NCBI GenBank assembly: GCA_028023455.1
Contig: JAQFVV010000006.1
Coordinates: forward strand, 13,454,001 to 13,518,000
Direction of reading: 5' to 3'
DNA length: 64,000 bases
Source of the DNA: Epiperipatus broadwayi
Lineage: Eukaryota > Animalia > Onychophora
Shown: one piece after another, positions 24,700-38,521 of the stretch
How the letters are laid out: every line of letters begins with the position of its first letter
Numbering within the stretch: the first letter of the stretch is position 1
Position numbers and translations under genes: made by a program
The notes under the pieces: generated by a model
Told to the model about the DNA's origin: nothing
Database searches by the model: none
Seen by the model: the letters and a program-made list of their open reading frames with translations, nothing else

Positions 24700-25999
24700 C
24701 TTAAAATAAATGATAAAAAGTAACAATTAATAAATTAGATCAATAATTACAAGACACTTAAAAGATATTCATATAATCTTAACTATTATCATTTTCAATT
24801 CTCTTTGCATTATTTCTCTTAGAGTCAAAGTATTCCTAACATTAAAAAAACATCATAAATCAGTAGTGTTTGTAGCAAATATAATCATTAATTTTTGCAA
24901 AGTTTTAGTTTTCTTTTATTCATATAACATGCAATATAACTAACTTGATCTACAGCTAAGTATATATATAAATTTAATAAGCAAGTTTTTATGAATATCA
25001 TATATCAGATTCTGTATTGAGAAATTTCTACAATCGGTAATAAAAGAATCCTGTTTAAGTAATGAGCCTAACAGCAAAGTAAACTACCAACGTTTTAATA
25101 TTCTGAAGTACTGTTATGTGTTATGTAATACAGATGTGTGTGAAATATTTTATACGAAGTTTGACCAATTCCAGAAACTAAACAAGTTTGTATATTGTCC
25201 CTTTATTTCTTCATCAATCAACTTTGTAAAACTATTGTGTTAGTTTATAATAATGGGCCTCCTTGAATTGAGTTTTTATGGGTTTTTTACATCATTAGAG
25301 CTTATTCAGAATTACATGACTTTAATTAGTTACACAATTTTATTATTATCTGAAACTACAACAGTGCTTCAGGACACCAAACCCTTGTTATGGATGAATG
25401 AGACTTCAAAATGTTGGGCGTACTTTTGCAGAGAAAATTTTCTATGCCTGATGGATCAGGAACTTTTTTAAGACTTTAAATGGAATCTTTTCTTACTAAT
25501 CATAGGAATTTCTTGAAGTGGACAGCTGATAAATTTCCCCAATTATATTTTTTAAATTTCATCTTCAAATTGAAAATCTAGGTTACAATATGAAAAATAA
25601 TTTATTCATATATTAAAAATAGTCAATATATGCTAAATAAATGTCACAAATATAATTTGAAGATGCAATAATATCTACGGCTTTCTGCATCCACTTATGG
25701 CCTGGAACCAAATGGCTTTGATATAGTGGTCTTATATAAGACGCCAAGATTTTTACGAAACTAAATACTAATATTACTTGGTAAAAATGAAAGTACTTGT
25801 TATATAAATTAACTGTCTGAATGTTTTTAGGCAAAAACCTAAGGGATAGTGACGATTTTACATACAGTAATATTTCTTTGAAAAATAAGAATCAAGCTTG
25901 CTATGAATACATTTTCAAATGAACATTCAAATTTATGAAAAACAATTTTATTGACAATGGCATGATCCATAACACATTCGATTGGGTACAAGTTTCAAT

Positions 26000-26472
26000 G
26001 ACGGTACAGATTGCTGGATGGCGCTATACAGTTTTTAAAATATATCACTTGTTTAATAAAAAAAAAAAGTAAAAAAAAAGAGCATTCTTTACTATTTATT
26101 TTATAAAAAAGAAAGTAAGATAAAAACATGATATTTAATCTTGTTTAATATGTCAAAAAAAAAGAAAAAAGACATTCTTTACTATTTATTTAATAAAAAA
26201 AAATTAAGATAAAAACACAATAAATCAGTTCTTTACTATTTATTTTATTTATTTAATAAAAAAAAAATTAAGATAAAAACACAATATTTAATGTCGAATC
26301 ACTTCTTTAATAATATGTCCCAAAAAAAAAGAGATAAGAACAAAGACGATGTTCTTTACTATTTATTTTAATAAAAAAAAAATTAAGATAAAAATATATT
26401 TAATATGTCGCGGCCAGGTAATGTTATATTTCAATGTTTTTGACTAACAACAACGCCATTAAGCGACCTACC
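26000..26472. mobile_element. Fragment of the same DNA-element group with internal tandem repeats
   Basis: Right end shares gtaa.gttatatttca.tg.ttt with 21744-21768; four copies of ttctttactatttatttt...aagataaaaa between 26085 and 26400; no TSD found. Confidence 0.5.
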
Positions 26473-27971
26473 AGTTGTTAGTATATATTTTTGATAATCA
26501 TATATTTTTCTTCAGAATGACTTATGAAGTTTGATGTTTTTGGGCTGCTCAATAGGAGATTCATTCATATGATGATGTGGAACCCATCCATCTCATTTAT
26601 GATAATCCTCTTATGTAACCATCAGCATTGTCTCATGGGATAATCAAAATTGGGCAATTTCAGGCTGATCGTTTATGCTTTAAGTAACAATTCAAGTATA
26701 ATCCTACTATTTGTTCCTTTTCATTGCCATTCATGAAATTCACACAAATCCTAGCCAGCATCATAATTTAAAAACATTGATATTATTGGTTGGAAAAAAA
26801 AATTATAAGCTGAATGTGATTAAATTTTTTCTCACCCTAGGGAATATAAACCACAGATACATGGTTTATCAGAAAGTATTTGTTTCAGTATGGACTACTT
26901 TGTGGGGAAATAAAAATCAATATATTGTGCATAATCTTGTACTTGGATTAGCATATCCAACTGCTTATACATTACCTCTGCATTTCTCGAATTTATGTTT
27001 ACCGATTATTGGAAGTCATAATAACTTCCACCAGTTGAAAAATATTCAATTTGGATGTGTCACTGTTAAGAATTGGTTCCATACAATAAATAATCATAAG
27101 CTCGCTTATTTAAATTCTCAAAGCCTAATGATGGTATTTTCATGTAACTATTGTGTTAAGTAACTTTGGGAACATTTATATTGTTTAATTTATTGTTAAA
27201 AAAATGTTTATTCCTCACACAATAAATGCCATTTAATAAAAATGATTATCATAGTTTAAAGAATGACAAATATAAAGCATAAAAATTATGTTCCAAATCA
27301 TATCGTATAGGTAGAAATAGACAAAAAAAAACAACTTTAGAAAAACCACATGAAACTCTACACCCTATGTTTAATATCAATGAATCCATTTTAAATCATT
27401 TGATGTTTATTAGGAAAACATTCTGATAAAAATTCCACAGCAAAACCAAAGAATCATTTTTTTTTAATTCTGAATATATGAATTTTTAAAAGATTATGCT
27501 GTAAAATCACATCATATTGTAGGCTCAGCCAAATTACCCAAAAAAAATTTCTTATGGAGATGCCCACTTCATTTTCCAGTATCTTAAAAAAATTGTTTAC
27601 TCAAATGTTAACAAGCATAAATGAAATAAGCAATAGTTTTGTATTTAAAAAAAATAACTTTCCATTTATTTTAACCCGCCTCTCGAGTTTCAGCTTCACA
27701 AGCGACACATCAGTCATTGTTTACAGTCAAATAGCAAGACAAGACACCTCCGATAACTTTTTGTAAATATTGAACTAGCGGCAAACTTTAATCTCAGAAT
27801 TCCATCTCAAATAAAATTTTTCTGAAATGCTTCTAATCTAGATATCTGTTTGAAAATTTGTCTTATAGAGTGTAATCTTATCTTGCTTAAGATCAGCTGT
27901 CTCCATTTAAGATCTTTCTAACACAATTTTTTTAAACGGATTTAACTATATTTTTAAGTCTATTTACTTAC

Positions 27972-28060
27972 CCCATCCATAATCTCCGCGGATACTGAAT
28001 ATGTTTTATCTTGTTCTTCTTTTTCATACATGTATATATTAGTAATGTTAAACAAATCCA
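27972..28060 (-). CDS. C1QBP: C1QBP exon 5
   Basis: Acceptor ttgtttcag|TG, donor GGG|gtaagt; 89 nt; (M)DLFNITNIYMYEKEEQDKTYSVSAEIMDG. Confidence 0.93.
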
Positions 28061-28763
28061 CTGAAACAAAAGAAAATATTTTAAAAACAAATTTGCAATA
28101 TTAAAGAATAATTAAGGTAAAAATTAAATGGAATCCATTGTGATAGGAATTTAAGCAAGATATAATTGAACACGCAATAAAAGATTATTAAACATATTCA
28201 CATATACAACCAGTCCTTAACATGCTTAAATGCAACATATTTATGGAAAAAATTATTTGATGTACGGAATTTACAGAAACTACAAAATGTAAATAAACCT
28301 CTATACTTTCATTTTCTTCATAAATCCTATTGTACGAATCAAATCAAAAAAACAAAAAGTATGCACACACATTTATGCAATTCATATTCACAGTAACAAT
28401 ATTGACAAAAGTAATTCTTTTCTTTGACCTCTTAACCTACAAATCAAATTTATTCTATAATGGGAACCTTTTTCTGCCAAGAGCTATTGGGATATTTGTA
28501 ATATTATTCCGGAACCATACAAAATTATCAATTTAAAAATTATCCTATATTTAAGTAAATTTACCCCTAATCATTAGGGGTGGGCAATATTTTAAACTGC
28601 AAAACAATTTCAGCTTTCTCTCTTTGAATGAGGGCTATAATTTCTTTGCGAAAATTAACATCATTATTATTAATGACTGTTCCATACTTAATGTCAATTT
28701 TTTAATTCATCTTGTAACTATTTTTCAAAATATATTTTCGAATTTATTTTTTATCTTCTAGAT

Positions 28764-29799
28764 CAGGGGTTGGCTCGAGGGCCGCATTGGGAGCACTTTG
28801 TGGAAGCGAAGGTTAGCGGAGGGCCTCACCTAAACACACTGCTTTATTCCCTGTATGACTGAAGAAATATTTGTTAGTCCATTCTTCATTAAACACACGA
28901 ATTCATCACCGATTTTATATTTTTTCAGAGGGTTCATGGTTTCACTAAAGTTGGAAATGTATATACTTGCTAATGCAAAGACAAAATTGAAATTAACCAG
29001 ATCAACTGGAAAAGCACTGCACATTATTGACATGGCCATCCTAGTGAAAAATACGAGACGAATCTTCAGTCGCGCACAGATAGGAAATCTCAGTTCAAGA
29101 TGGATTTTTCTGATTGTCTTGGCAGGCCGCTATTTTCCCACCCTTGTTCTAGATAGATTAATTCTACAGCAGTTAGGATACAGTCTTTTATAAATATCTC
29201 TTCAGAAAATAGTTCCGAATTTTCTGTTTCTCTCTTTTTAAAAAAAATAATGTAGTTTGCTTTTTTCCAACTTGTTTGTACTTTTTAAAAACAACAATCG
29301 ATTCTCTTTTTTCATGTTTTCGATTTTAATATCCCCCCTGCCCCCACACACACTTACTATAATCAGAATGTTTTGATAAACAGTACCTCTTAATATTGTG
29401 TTCATTATTAACTGAAATACTTTTCAGACATTTCAGGCCCATCGATTTACGATTTTTTTCTTAAAAAAAAAAAAAACAATCCATTTTCTACATCAATTTT
29501 TCTTATTTTACTCAATGTAGCCAATAATAAAAGTAAAATTAAGTTTTATTTTTGCTAGTATAGTCAGAAAATCATTATAAAAGCAAACAAAATGCCCTCA
29601 GATTAAATCTATTCTCAGACACTACACAATATAGATAATTTTTTGGAATATGGCACCATGGACTATTAGAAAGATTGAAGAGAGAAAATAAATATTTTAT
29701 TTTACTTAAAAGTCTTAATTCAATATTTGGTCTACGTATGTTGGTTGAAAGCTTTTAAGGACTGGATTTGGCCTATGGTCATGAGATTTGCCACCCCTG
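28764..29799 (-). mobile_element. Internally deleted hAT (SPIN/Buster-like) transposon
   Basis: Ends CAGGGGTTGGC / GCCACCCCTG; flanks ttctagat / atctataa; frameshifted transposase start KKYKIGDE/RVFNEEWTNKYFFSHTGNKAVCL at about 28830-28930, the GTF2IRD2/SPIN-type motif. Confidence 0.75.
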
Positions 29800-32784
29800 A
29801 TCTATAACCATAAGATAGATGCACTTGACATCCCTATATAAAGATGGGGTTGTAAATGCATGTTTACGTACAATATTGAGTTGATTATATTCTCGAATAT
29901 TTTTTTAGTCCTTGTAAATATACTCCTGTTGTTTTTGCTTAAATTACTTCCAATTCATATGTGATACCCCACTATTATAGCAAGGAAGAGCTTTTCGATA
30001 GTATTTCTTAAGTTAATATTGAACATTTTAATAATTAATTACAATTCTAGTTCACACAGTTTTTAAGACACAGCAGCTAGAATCATAGAATGAAATTACA
30101 TTCGCGAAGCTCTATTTATGGATTCTTTCTTGTTCCTAGAAAATGCATAAAAATGTCCAAGTGTAATTATGATGCTGTGCAAGGCCAAACTTAGAAAAGA
30201 GTCGGGGTATAAGTGCGACAAATAGCTAGAAAGTATGTATGAAGATTACTTTCAATAGTAGGGGCTAGAGTGCACATAGAAATGTATCAATATTTCCAAA
30301 ATGTGATTTCTCAGCAGCAAAATGGTGCTAAGTCATGTCTCGTAGGTATTAACCCAAAATTGACCATGATGTAAAAGTTTTTGTCTGACCCGATAGAAAT
30401 TTTGCTCAAAAATTTCCCGCTCTTGCTGAAGTGATGCAATATACTGCTCAAAGAATTTGAAAACCTAATGTTGGAAATTAATTTCTATTCTAACTGATAA
30501 AGAAACCAAAGAATGGCGTAAAGAAATATTAAAAGGCTACTATGCGAAAAGCAAATCTATAATTTTAGAAAAGTATCTTACTAATTGTTAATTTCTCAGT
30601 AAGATTTTTTTAATATATATATTTTATTCAATTTATTGGAATTTATATTTAATTTGTTGTTTTTTTCTCATTGTAATTCAGATGCTATAGTTGCATTTGC
30701 TTAGAGATTATGAGCAAAAATTTACGCTTCTCTGAATTAGTGTGAAAGGTAAACACATATTTGATAGTAATATATAAGGAATTATAAGAATCAAAAAAGA
30801 ATATATGGCAGGTTAAAGTCACAGGTCATTTTTAATTAAACTTTTTAATAAATTGTTTTTATTTGAAACTAGTACCTGCATCATTCTTATTTAAACCTGT
30901 CTCATTCCTGGGTGCATATATTTAAGCTCTAGGCTGGAAATATGTTGGAATGTTAACAGGAAAAGAATTAAGATATTCTGACATGAAGATATTACTTCAA
31001 CATAATACAGTTTTCTATAATGGAAGTCATGCTTCAGGCACCTATTTGGTATATCCTTATTGTAAATAAAGCTTATGTTTCTTTTAGAATTCTTGCAGAT
31101 GATCTTTATAAAATGAGAATACTTGATTGGATCATTATCCTAATAACCGAGTTCAGGATTTCTATTGCATAATACATTTAAAAACCTTTTCCCTACAGCT
31201 ATATATATGGTAAACAATATGGTGGCATATATACATCTTTTCGTTCCTACAACAGAAGGAAGCATGACAGATATATATATCCCATCCAAGTTGGTTGTCA
31301 TTTATATAGTGGTAGGAAAGTTAGTAAGTATTTTAAGTAACAAAAAATTTGAACTTAGTTTTCAAATATTAGAATGATCAAACTATATATTGTAAAAATC
31401 ATATGAAAGAATTCTAAAAGAAAATTATTTTTTTTCCTGATCAGCATCAACTTATGTAAGAGTCGGATTAAGAATCATATTTATGGTCAGGATATATCAA
31501 ACAGATTCTCCGAGACACTTGTATTACACAGGATTATGTATGATGAAATACCTTCATGTCATAATAACCTAATTCTTTCTCCGTTAATATTGCAACATAT
31601 TCCTATATAGCATAAGTATACTCAGGAACATAAACTATTTAGATACACAATAGAAATGAGACAAGATTTAAAAAAAAAAACATTTTAAATTAATGAAAAA
31701 TTATCTGGTTATGTACACATACTGATATAATACAAATATAATCTTGAAGTGATATGTGAGAAAAATATTAGCTCACTAAATATCTAGCCTTTATTCATGA
31801 TTGAACCAGCCAAGCTTTGCTAACATATACAATCTCTTAAAAGTACCATTACTGTCAAATTTGTACGCATATTTTAAGTATCACAGTATTTTCCCAAACC
31901 ACAATGAGGAAGTGGGAGGGGGGGTAGAATATTCAGTTCCAATAAATTCAAACATAAGAATAAAACTTAAAAAATATAATAAGCGGGAAAAAATTAATTG
32001 TAGGCCTAAGTCATTTACGTTTTATATATAACAAAAAAACTTTATAGCTGATTTAACAATTAATATAATGCATTTCTAAAACTAGATTTTTCTTCGGCAT
32101 AATAGTCTTTTAATATTTCTTAATGCCATTCTTTGGTCTTTTTATCAGTCACACTTGGAATTAATCTCCAATTCTGGGTCATTAAATTCTTCGAATGCAA
32201 ACTAAGGAAAACTTGAGCAACAGGAAAAAATTCCTATTAGATTAAGCAAACAGTTAACTTTCACATCATAGACTTCTTCGGAACTACTAACTACAAAACA
32301 TGGCATGGTACCATTTCACTGTTGGGAAATTATATTTTGGATGCATGAATAATATATTTCTGCATACACTAAGCACATTTTTTGGTAAGCTTCGAGTTTC
32401 TCATAAGTAGTAATGGTTATGATTACTAAAAAAAAAATATCAAGCTATCTTTATCCGTAAGTATAGTGAGTACCTTTATCGTAATCTTTTTTCACTTAAC
32501 GGATCGGAATGAGTTTTTACTATTGACTATTATTGGCTAACAAATGTCAATAAGTAATTTTAGCAAATCTCCAAGACTTAAATTTCAATTACACATAAGT
32601 ATTTATATTTCTTTTCAATTATTATTTGATAAAAAAAAATATATGGGAAAAAAATCATTTTCTGATACCAAAAACAATGCTATCAAAAAAAAAAAATTCA
32701 GGTCTGGATAAATTTGTACAATCAATTAGCACATTTTTAAAATATTACAATGGCAATTTTGTAAACCATCTACATATAGATTAG

Positions 32785-33178
32785 CAGGAGTGTCCAATCT
32801 TTTGTCATCTCTGGGCCACATTGGAAAAAAAAACTTATCTTGGGCCACACATTAAATATACAAAAATTAATGAAAGCTGATAAGCACACACACACAAAAA
32901 AAAAATCCATGTATAATGCTCCTGATAATCACCACCACAAATAGCAAAGAAGTCCTTAAATAATAATCCTAATTATGCAGTGACCGATTTGGAGTCTTTT
33001 AAAACCCTCGAGCAAGTTCCAAGTTTGTGATCACTAATATGTAGATTTATTTTAGTAACATTGTGACACGTAGACACAAAAAATCTCAAGTTTTAAATGA
33101 GTTTGCGATTTTGCCTTGGATTATATTTAAGGTCATCCAGAGCCATGTGTGGCCCTTGGGCCACAGAGTGGACACCTG
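32785..33178 (+). mobile_element. hAT-Charlie MITE, MER30-like
   Basis: caggagtgtccaatcttttgtcatctctgggccacattggaa...ttgggccacacat; end gagtggacacctg; flanks tagattag / tggattaa (6/8). Confidence 0.7.
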
Positions 33179-34611
33179 TGGATTAAATGATGCCTATAGT
33201 TCTGACACAGAATAAAAAGATCTTTACTTTTCTGGAATTATAATATTTTTCAAATATTATTTTGGCATTTTAATGGCAATAATTAAAATTGATCATTGCA
33301 ATATAAATTTTAGAGCTCCATAACACATGTATAGAGAGGTAATAATTGATGAAGCTATTAAAAAATTTACTAATCGGAAGAGTATGAAATAATACGATCC
33401 CTCAAAATCAGGAGAGCAAAGGTTCAAATGATGGGTCTGCGCAGATAGCCCTATATCCCATATAGAGTAGTACACAGGTAAAATACTTCTGTTGCTAGTC
33501 AGTGTTGGAGGGCTCGAGCTGTGTTCTCAGTAGCTTTTTTGGTACGTAGGTGATGATAGATCACACTGTTTTATTTCTCGTCAACTAAAATTGAGTTGGT
33601 AATGTGCCTCTTCAAAGTTTAGCCCACCTGGCTTTTTCAGGTGTTGACTGATGCACCATCTCCACCCAATATCCTCCTGTTTAGATACTTGGACTCTGTG
33701 ATCTGAAGACGATGGGCAAGTCATATCTGTACTTTTATTCCTCCGCAGTGCTGTTTCAGTTATATTTTATTATTGGCAAGTAATCATTTTGTAGTAATCA
33801 TTCAATTTTATGTTTTAATTAGATTCTATCTAACAAAATAAAATGTTTTCCCAAGATGAAAAATAAAGAGATAATAAAAACAGAATTATTGTTATTAATA
33901 GTCTACATCGCAATATATCTAAACATTTTTACTCTGCTTAGCTACACCGTGTATTGAATCCAAGTTGTTTACAGTCCAAAGACTATCTTAGGTTGACTTA
34001 TTCATCTATGCCAGCTTTTCTTCATTGATGATATACAAACTCCACAAGGAAAGAATATTTGTGGGGTCTCTAGAAACAACAGAAAATACCAATGGCTACT
34101 TCTTGATGCTATTCCTACAATTTACTTATTAAAATTTAGAATTTCCGAAGAAGCGTAAACATAATTTTTAGAAGGGTTACAACCTTTCTTTTTAAAAATT
34201 TTGACAGCGTAATGATTATGTTTTTAAGCTTTAATACATTCCTTGGTAGTTTATTTTTCTGATAATATAGACTCATCTTGGCATAGTGCAAACTGAAGTT
34301 ATCGTAAAAACTGTTATCTTAAACCGATTCTCCAAAAATCCAATATAGTTTCTGTGATATTCAAAAGTTGTTTTAACTGCCTTTATCTAACCAAACAAAA
34401 CATTCATAGCGCACTGTTTCAGAATCTAGCTAGGTGCACTGATGTGCAGCAACCAATCAGACGTGCTGCAGGCTGAATGAAAACAATAGCAAACATATCC
34501 AAGCTACTACTAATCAAATTAGTTCTTCAGACTGAATGAAAACAATAGTTTCATTCTAACTCCATAAATAAATGATTTCATTGAACATATATATAAATAT
34601 CTAAATCTTAC

Positions 34612-34726
34612 TAAAAGACTCTGGTTGTGGTTCTTCTTGGGCAAAATCATCTACAAATGCACAATTAAAAGCTAAAGTCTTGCCGGGTTTTTCTATAGTT
34701 ACTAAGAAATCAGGCCTTGATTTCAT
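34612..34726 (-). CDS. C1QBP: C1QBP exon 4
   Basis: Acceptor ttttttgcag|ATG, donor TTTA|gtaaga; 115 nt; MKSRPDFLVTIEKPGKTLAFNCAFVDDFAQEEPQPESF, matching p32 S.PNFVVEV.K...K.LV.DC. Confidence 0.93.
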
Positions 34727-35125
34727 CTGCAAAAAAGAAAGAAAAATACTGAATACATATATATTTTTTTACTTATTAATAAATTTACATGTTATTAAAG
34801 GAATTTCTATAATTCACACACATAATTATAATTTCTCGCTATTATATGAAAAATCATAATTCTTATGATGTATCTGTCTTAAAGAAGATGACTGAGATTT
34901 CATTTAAATGTCGACTGTCCACTTCGGAGAATTTTTCTATGTCCGTGAAACAGTCCTTGCAGCAATCCGATTCATTTACTTTAAGTAATAAATATAGTAT
35001 TTCTGTAGTTTAATTTTCATTATATTACTCTCACTCAAGGTAGGGACTGGTTTCTATCTGCTTTTAACACCATGTGGAGGGATATAATCATAAACATATA
35101 ACCAAACGTGAAAAAGATCTATGAT

Positions 35126-35170
35126 CCCCAAGATGCACATTTTGTACTGAACCCTCACTCATCAGCTGGC
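35126..35170 (-). ncRNA. Degenerate hammerhead-like motif in C1QBP intron 3
   Basis: GCCAG CUGAUGA GUG-AGGGUUCAG-UAC AAAA UG-UG-CAUC|UUGG: helices I and III pair; G12 is A, explicable by CpG decay; helix II is weak. Confidence 0.45.
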
Positions 35171-36943
35171 CCAGACCACAATCCCTTACACATCTTTATC
35201 GTTGTTTCATGTATATAGCCAATTATTACAGTTTAATTGATGCGTTAAATGTGCTGCTCTCACATTGGCATGAATCACTTAATGGAAGTATATTAATAAA
35301 TTTTTATTAATCATTCATAAGACTAGAAATTATTTTATAATGCATAATATCTAGTCTTATGAATGACTAATAAAAATTATATTTATTGTTGGAAATTATT
35401 AAGGCTTTCTGTTTGTGTATTGATTTTAAATTAAATAAGTTATTACTGCTCGGGAGTTCATAAAAAATTTGAACACGGGAAGTACTAGAACTAAAATTCA
35501 TTCAACGTCGAGTCCGATACTCTACCATTGCATTAAACCATGCAATTTTATTTTTAAATATATGAAGTAACAAACAAAGAAAAACAGTTGTCACATATAG
35601 TAGTTATACGTTTATACACTTTCTATAACAAGAAATCTGCAATTGTAGGCATTCTTGGGAAAATTTTTCCATCCGTCAATCAAAAAAATAAAAAAAACAT
35701 AGCATCTAATAAATTTGATTCAATATGCATATTTCTATTGTATAAAACAATATCTCAATAGGATATTTAATAATATTAATTTGTTATTGATTTTATACCA
35801 GAGAAGCAGGTTCATATCGACATTAACTGACGTTCGTAAATCCATAATTAACATACACATAAATAGTAAAATATGAGATACATTAAAAACTATGAAAATT
35901 ATTTTTTTACTTATGGCATTTTCAATATTTAATAACACAACTGAACAAAACATATTGTTCAAATTAGCAGTATAATAATAATCACATGGCTTTGTTAAAT
36001 GTTCGGCGTTGAATCGTTCATTATAGCCGATCTGTGTCCTTATTCATTCAACATCAATTCACAATTTTACTGTTATAACTAATAGAATGGATTTATTACT
36101 TGAAAGTGCCGAAAATGCCAACACCTGAATCGTTGCCAGGACACTACATTCCAAAGTCTGACACTTTTATCATTGCGCTAAACTGAACAGACCTCAAGCC
36201 CAAGCATAGACACAAAACATTATAAGTCTGATTTCCTAAAATTAGGCAACTTTCAATATTTGGACAAAATTGTGCAAAGTCCATTAAATGTACATAGCTG
36301 CAAGATTTTATTATTTCAGCACGAGTTAATATCTTTTAATTAATCTTGAATGCAGACAGTATGGAATTTTGAATAAAATGATATTCCCTTATTTCGAAAT
36401 AACAAAAAAAGAACCCATTTACATAAATATCTGTAAATTAGTAAGCCTAACTGATGTGAATGGAAGTTTCTTTTTATCTTATAATAAACATTTCAAATCT
36501 TTTTACTTAATCACAATTTTATCCAGATGTCAGAAATTGTTTAATTTTAAGTCATTACTTATCGTTCTGTACTGTTCGTTGTGTATTATTGAATTGTTAC
36601 AACTTTACTTCATCTTAAAAAAAAAAGGTGTTTCTAAGTGTTGGATTAATAGTATTGCATTCTATATCATAAACCTATCAGAACTGATTATTACAAATAG
36701 AGGTAAAGTGAATTAAATTAACAATTTAAACCATACAAAATACAACAAAGATGTCTGTTAAATATTATTTTATTGTACAACCCTTAACGAAGTAAGAAAA
36801 AAATGTATAATCTACATGGAATAGAAGTCTATATTGTAGCATATCTCTCAATAATATAAACTAAGCAATAATTCTTAAAATCTTTTAAATTAATTTTCAT
36901 ATTTTTAATTACTTTCTAATCAATCAAAAAAAAAAAAACTCAC

Positions 36944-37034
36944 CGTCACCGGTTCCTGAGATTCAGATTTTTCATCGGCAACTGGATCATCATCTGCGTC
37001 TACTGTATTATTAACGTTAAACGTGACTGTGACT
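36944..37034 (-). CDS. C1QBP: C1QBP exon 3
   Basis: Acceptor ccctgctag|A, donor ACG|gtgagt; 91 nt; (K)VTVTFNVNNTVDADDDPVADEKSESQEPVT, matching the p32 motif ITVTFNINNS. Confidence 0.95.
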
Positions 37035-37455
37035 CTAGCAGGGAACAAAAAATTAGAACAAACATTACATGTCATTCCTTTAACTTCTGCATTTTTCTTA
37101 TAAAATTATTGTGCAATTAAAATATTATGATCAAAATCATTACAGAATTATCTTCTAAAATAGACTTACTTAATTTCCAACACCACTAAAATAAAAATAG
37201 GTATTGTATGCGTAAATGCAATACTATAAGCATTTTGCTAGGAAGGATCTTAAAAAAAAACATGACCCCGGTTTACATAATGTCTTTTTAAAAAAAAAAC
37301 AAATTATGTAGCATCTACACCAATGTTGCTATTTTAAAAAGTTATAGTCCATAGAGACGGTGCTTATTAAATCCATATCTATCTCCTATAAAGATGGTGT
37401 TTATTAAATCCATATCTATCTCTTAATAGATGCTCCAAAAAAGTATAAACATTAT

Positions 37456-37555
37456 GCCACTGAACATCACATGATCATTCTTTATGCTTACACAAGCGGT
37501 TGATTACTCAGGCTTGCACTGAATGACGCTACTGTATGGAGAGTTTTGCCTCCGC
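37456..37555. mobile_element. Family 1 short inverted copy E
   Basis: Same two-orientation structure; 11-bp TSD ataaacattat (37445-37455, 37556-37566). Confidence 0.7.
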
Positions 37556-38061
37556 ATAAACATTATACTTGTTATAAATCTAAGTCTATACTGAACCGGG
37601 TGGTGGGTTTCTATGAGAGAAAGAAGTAAACAAAACCTGTTTACTTTATCTCTTTAATACAATAACTTAATGAAGGCAAAATTATAAGACTTCTATACAA
37701 AATATGAGACATAATTTATTCATAATATATTTGATCTTCACCTGATGAAATGTATGTATTGCTCCACCACGGCCCCTTAGGCAGAGAAGAGAGTACTCAA
37801 AGAGCACCTGTATCCAAGCCAGCAGATATATATGTAAAATATATCTAACTCCCCATATTTGAAGGAAACAGATTTCTTCTCGACTGTTGAATTCAACACC
37901 TATCATTCAAAGCACTTTTTTGTTTCGGAGTAAACCCCGGGCGCCAGTTAATTACCAAAGCAATCAACGCGCTTTGAACAATGGCAACTAATTCAACATC
38001 TAAGACAATCCCATAACTAGCTCAGTCTATTGTAATAGAATAACAAATTATTGCTTTAACT

Positions 38062-38521
38062 CAGGGGTCCCCAACCTTTTTGCACTTAAGAGCACATTCC
38101 ATAATACCGGCCAGGTGGCGGGCATCATTTATTTTTTCAGCTAGGTGGCGGGCACCATTTATTTTTTATCTGGACATAATTGCTGAGATATTCTTGACTT
38201 CGTTTACGGAGAAGCCATAGTTCATCACATCACATATAAATTTATAGTTGGATATTGTTAATAATACACATAATGTACAAAAAAATATTTATTTCAAAAA
38301 TTAAATTTTAACATATAATTGACGTTTATATTTTTACGCTGTAAAAGTATAGTATGCCCTACAATTTGATTACAATATAATACAATAATTCATAAAAAAA
38401 ATTCAAACATTAAATTTATTTGTATCAGATAAATTTTTTATCGTGTTCGGATAGCGGTGAGCACACATAAAATGGTCTGCGGGCGCCATGGTGCCCGCGG
38501 GCAGAGGGTTGGGGACCCCTG
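38062..38521. mobile_element. hAT MITE copy 1 (TIR CAGGGGTCCCCAACC)
   Basis: Perfect 8-bp TSD ctttaact with central TA. Confidence 0.92.

Noticed and set aside
33550-33655. C/D snoRNA-like GTGATGA...CTGA with a short GGTG/CACC stem
   Set aside because: Antisense to the host C1QBP intron, no recognisable rRNA guide, and the motifs are short enough to occur by chance.
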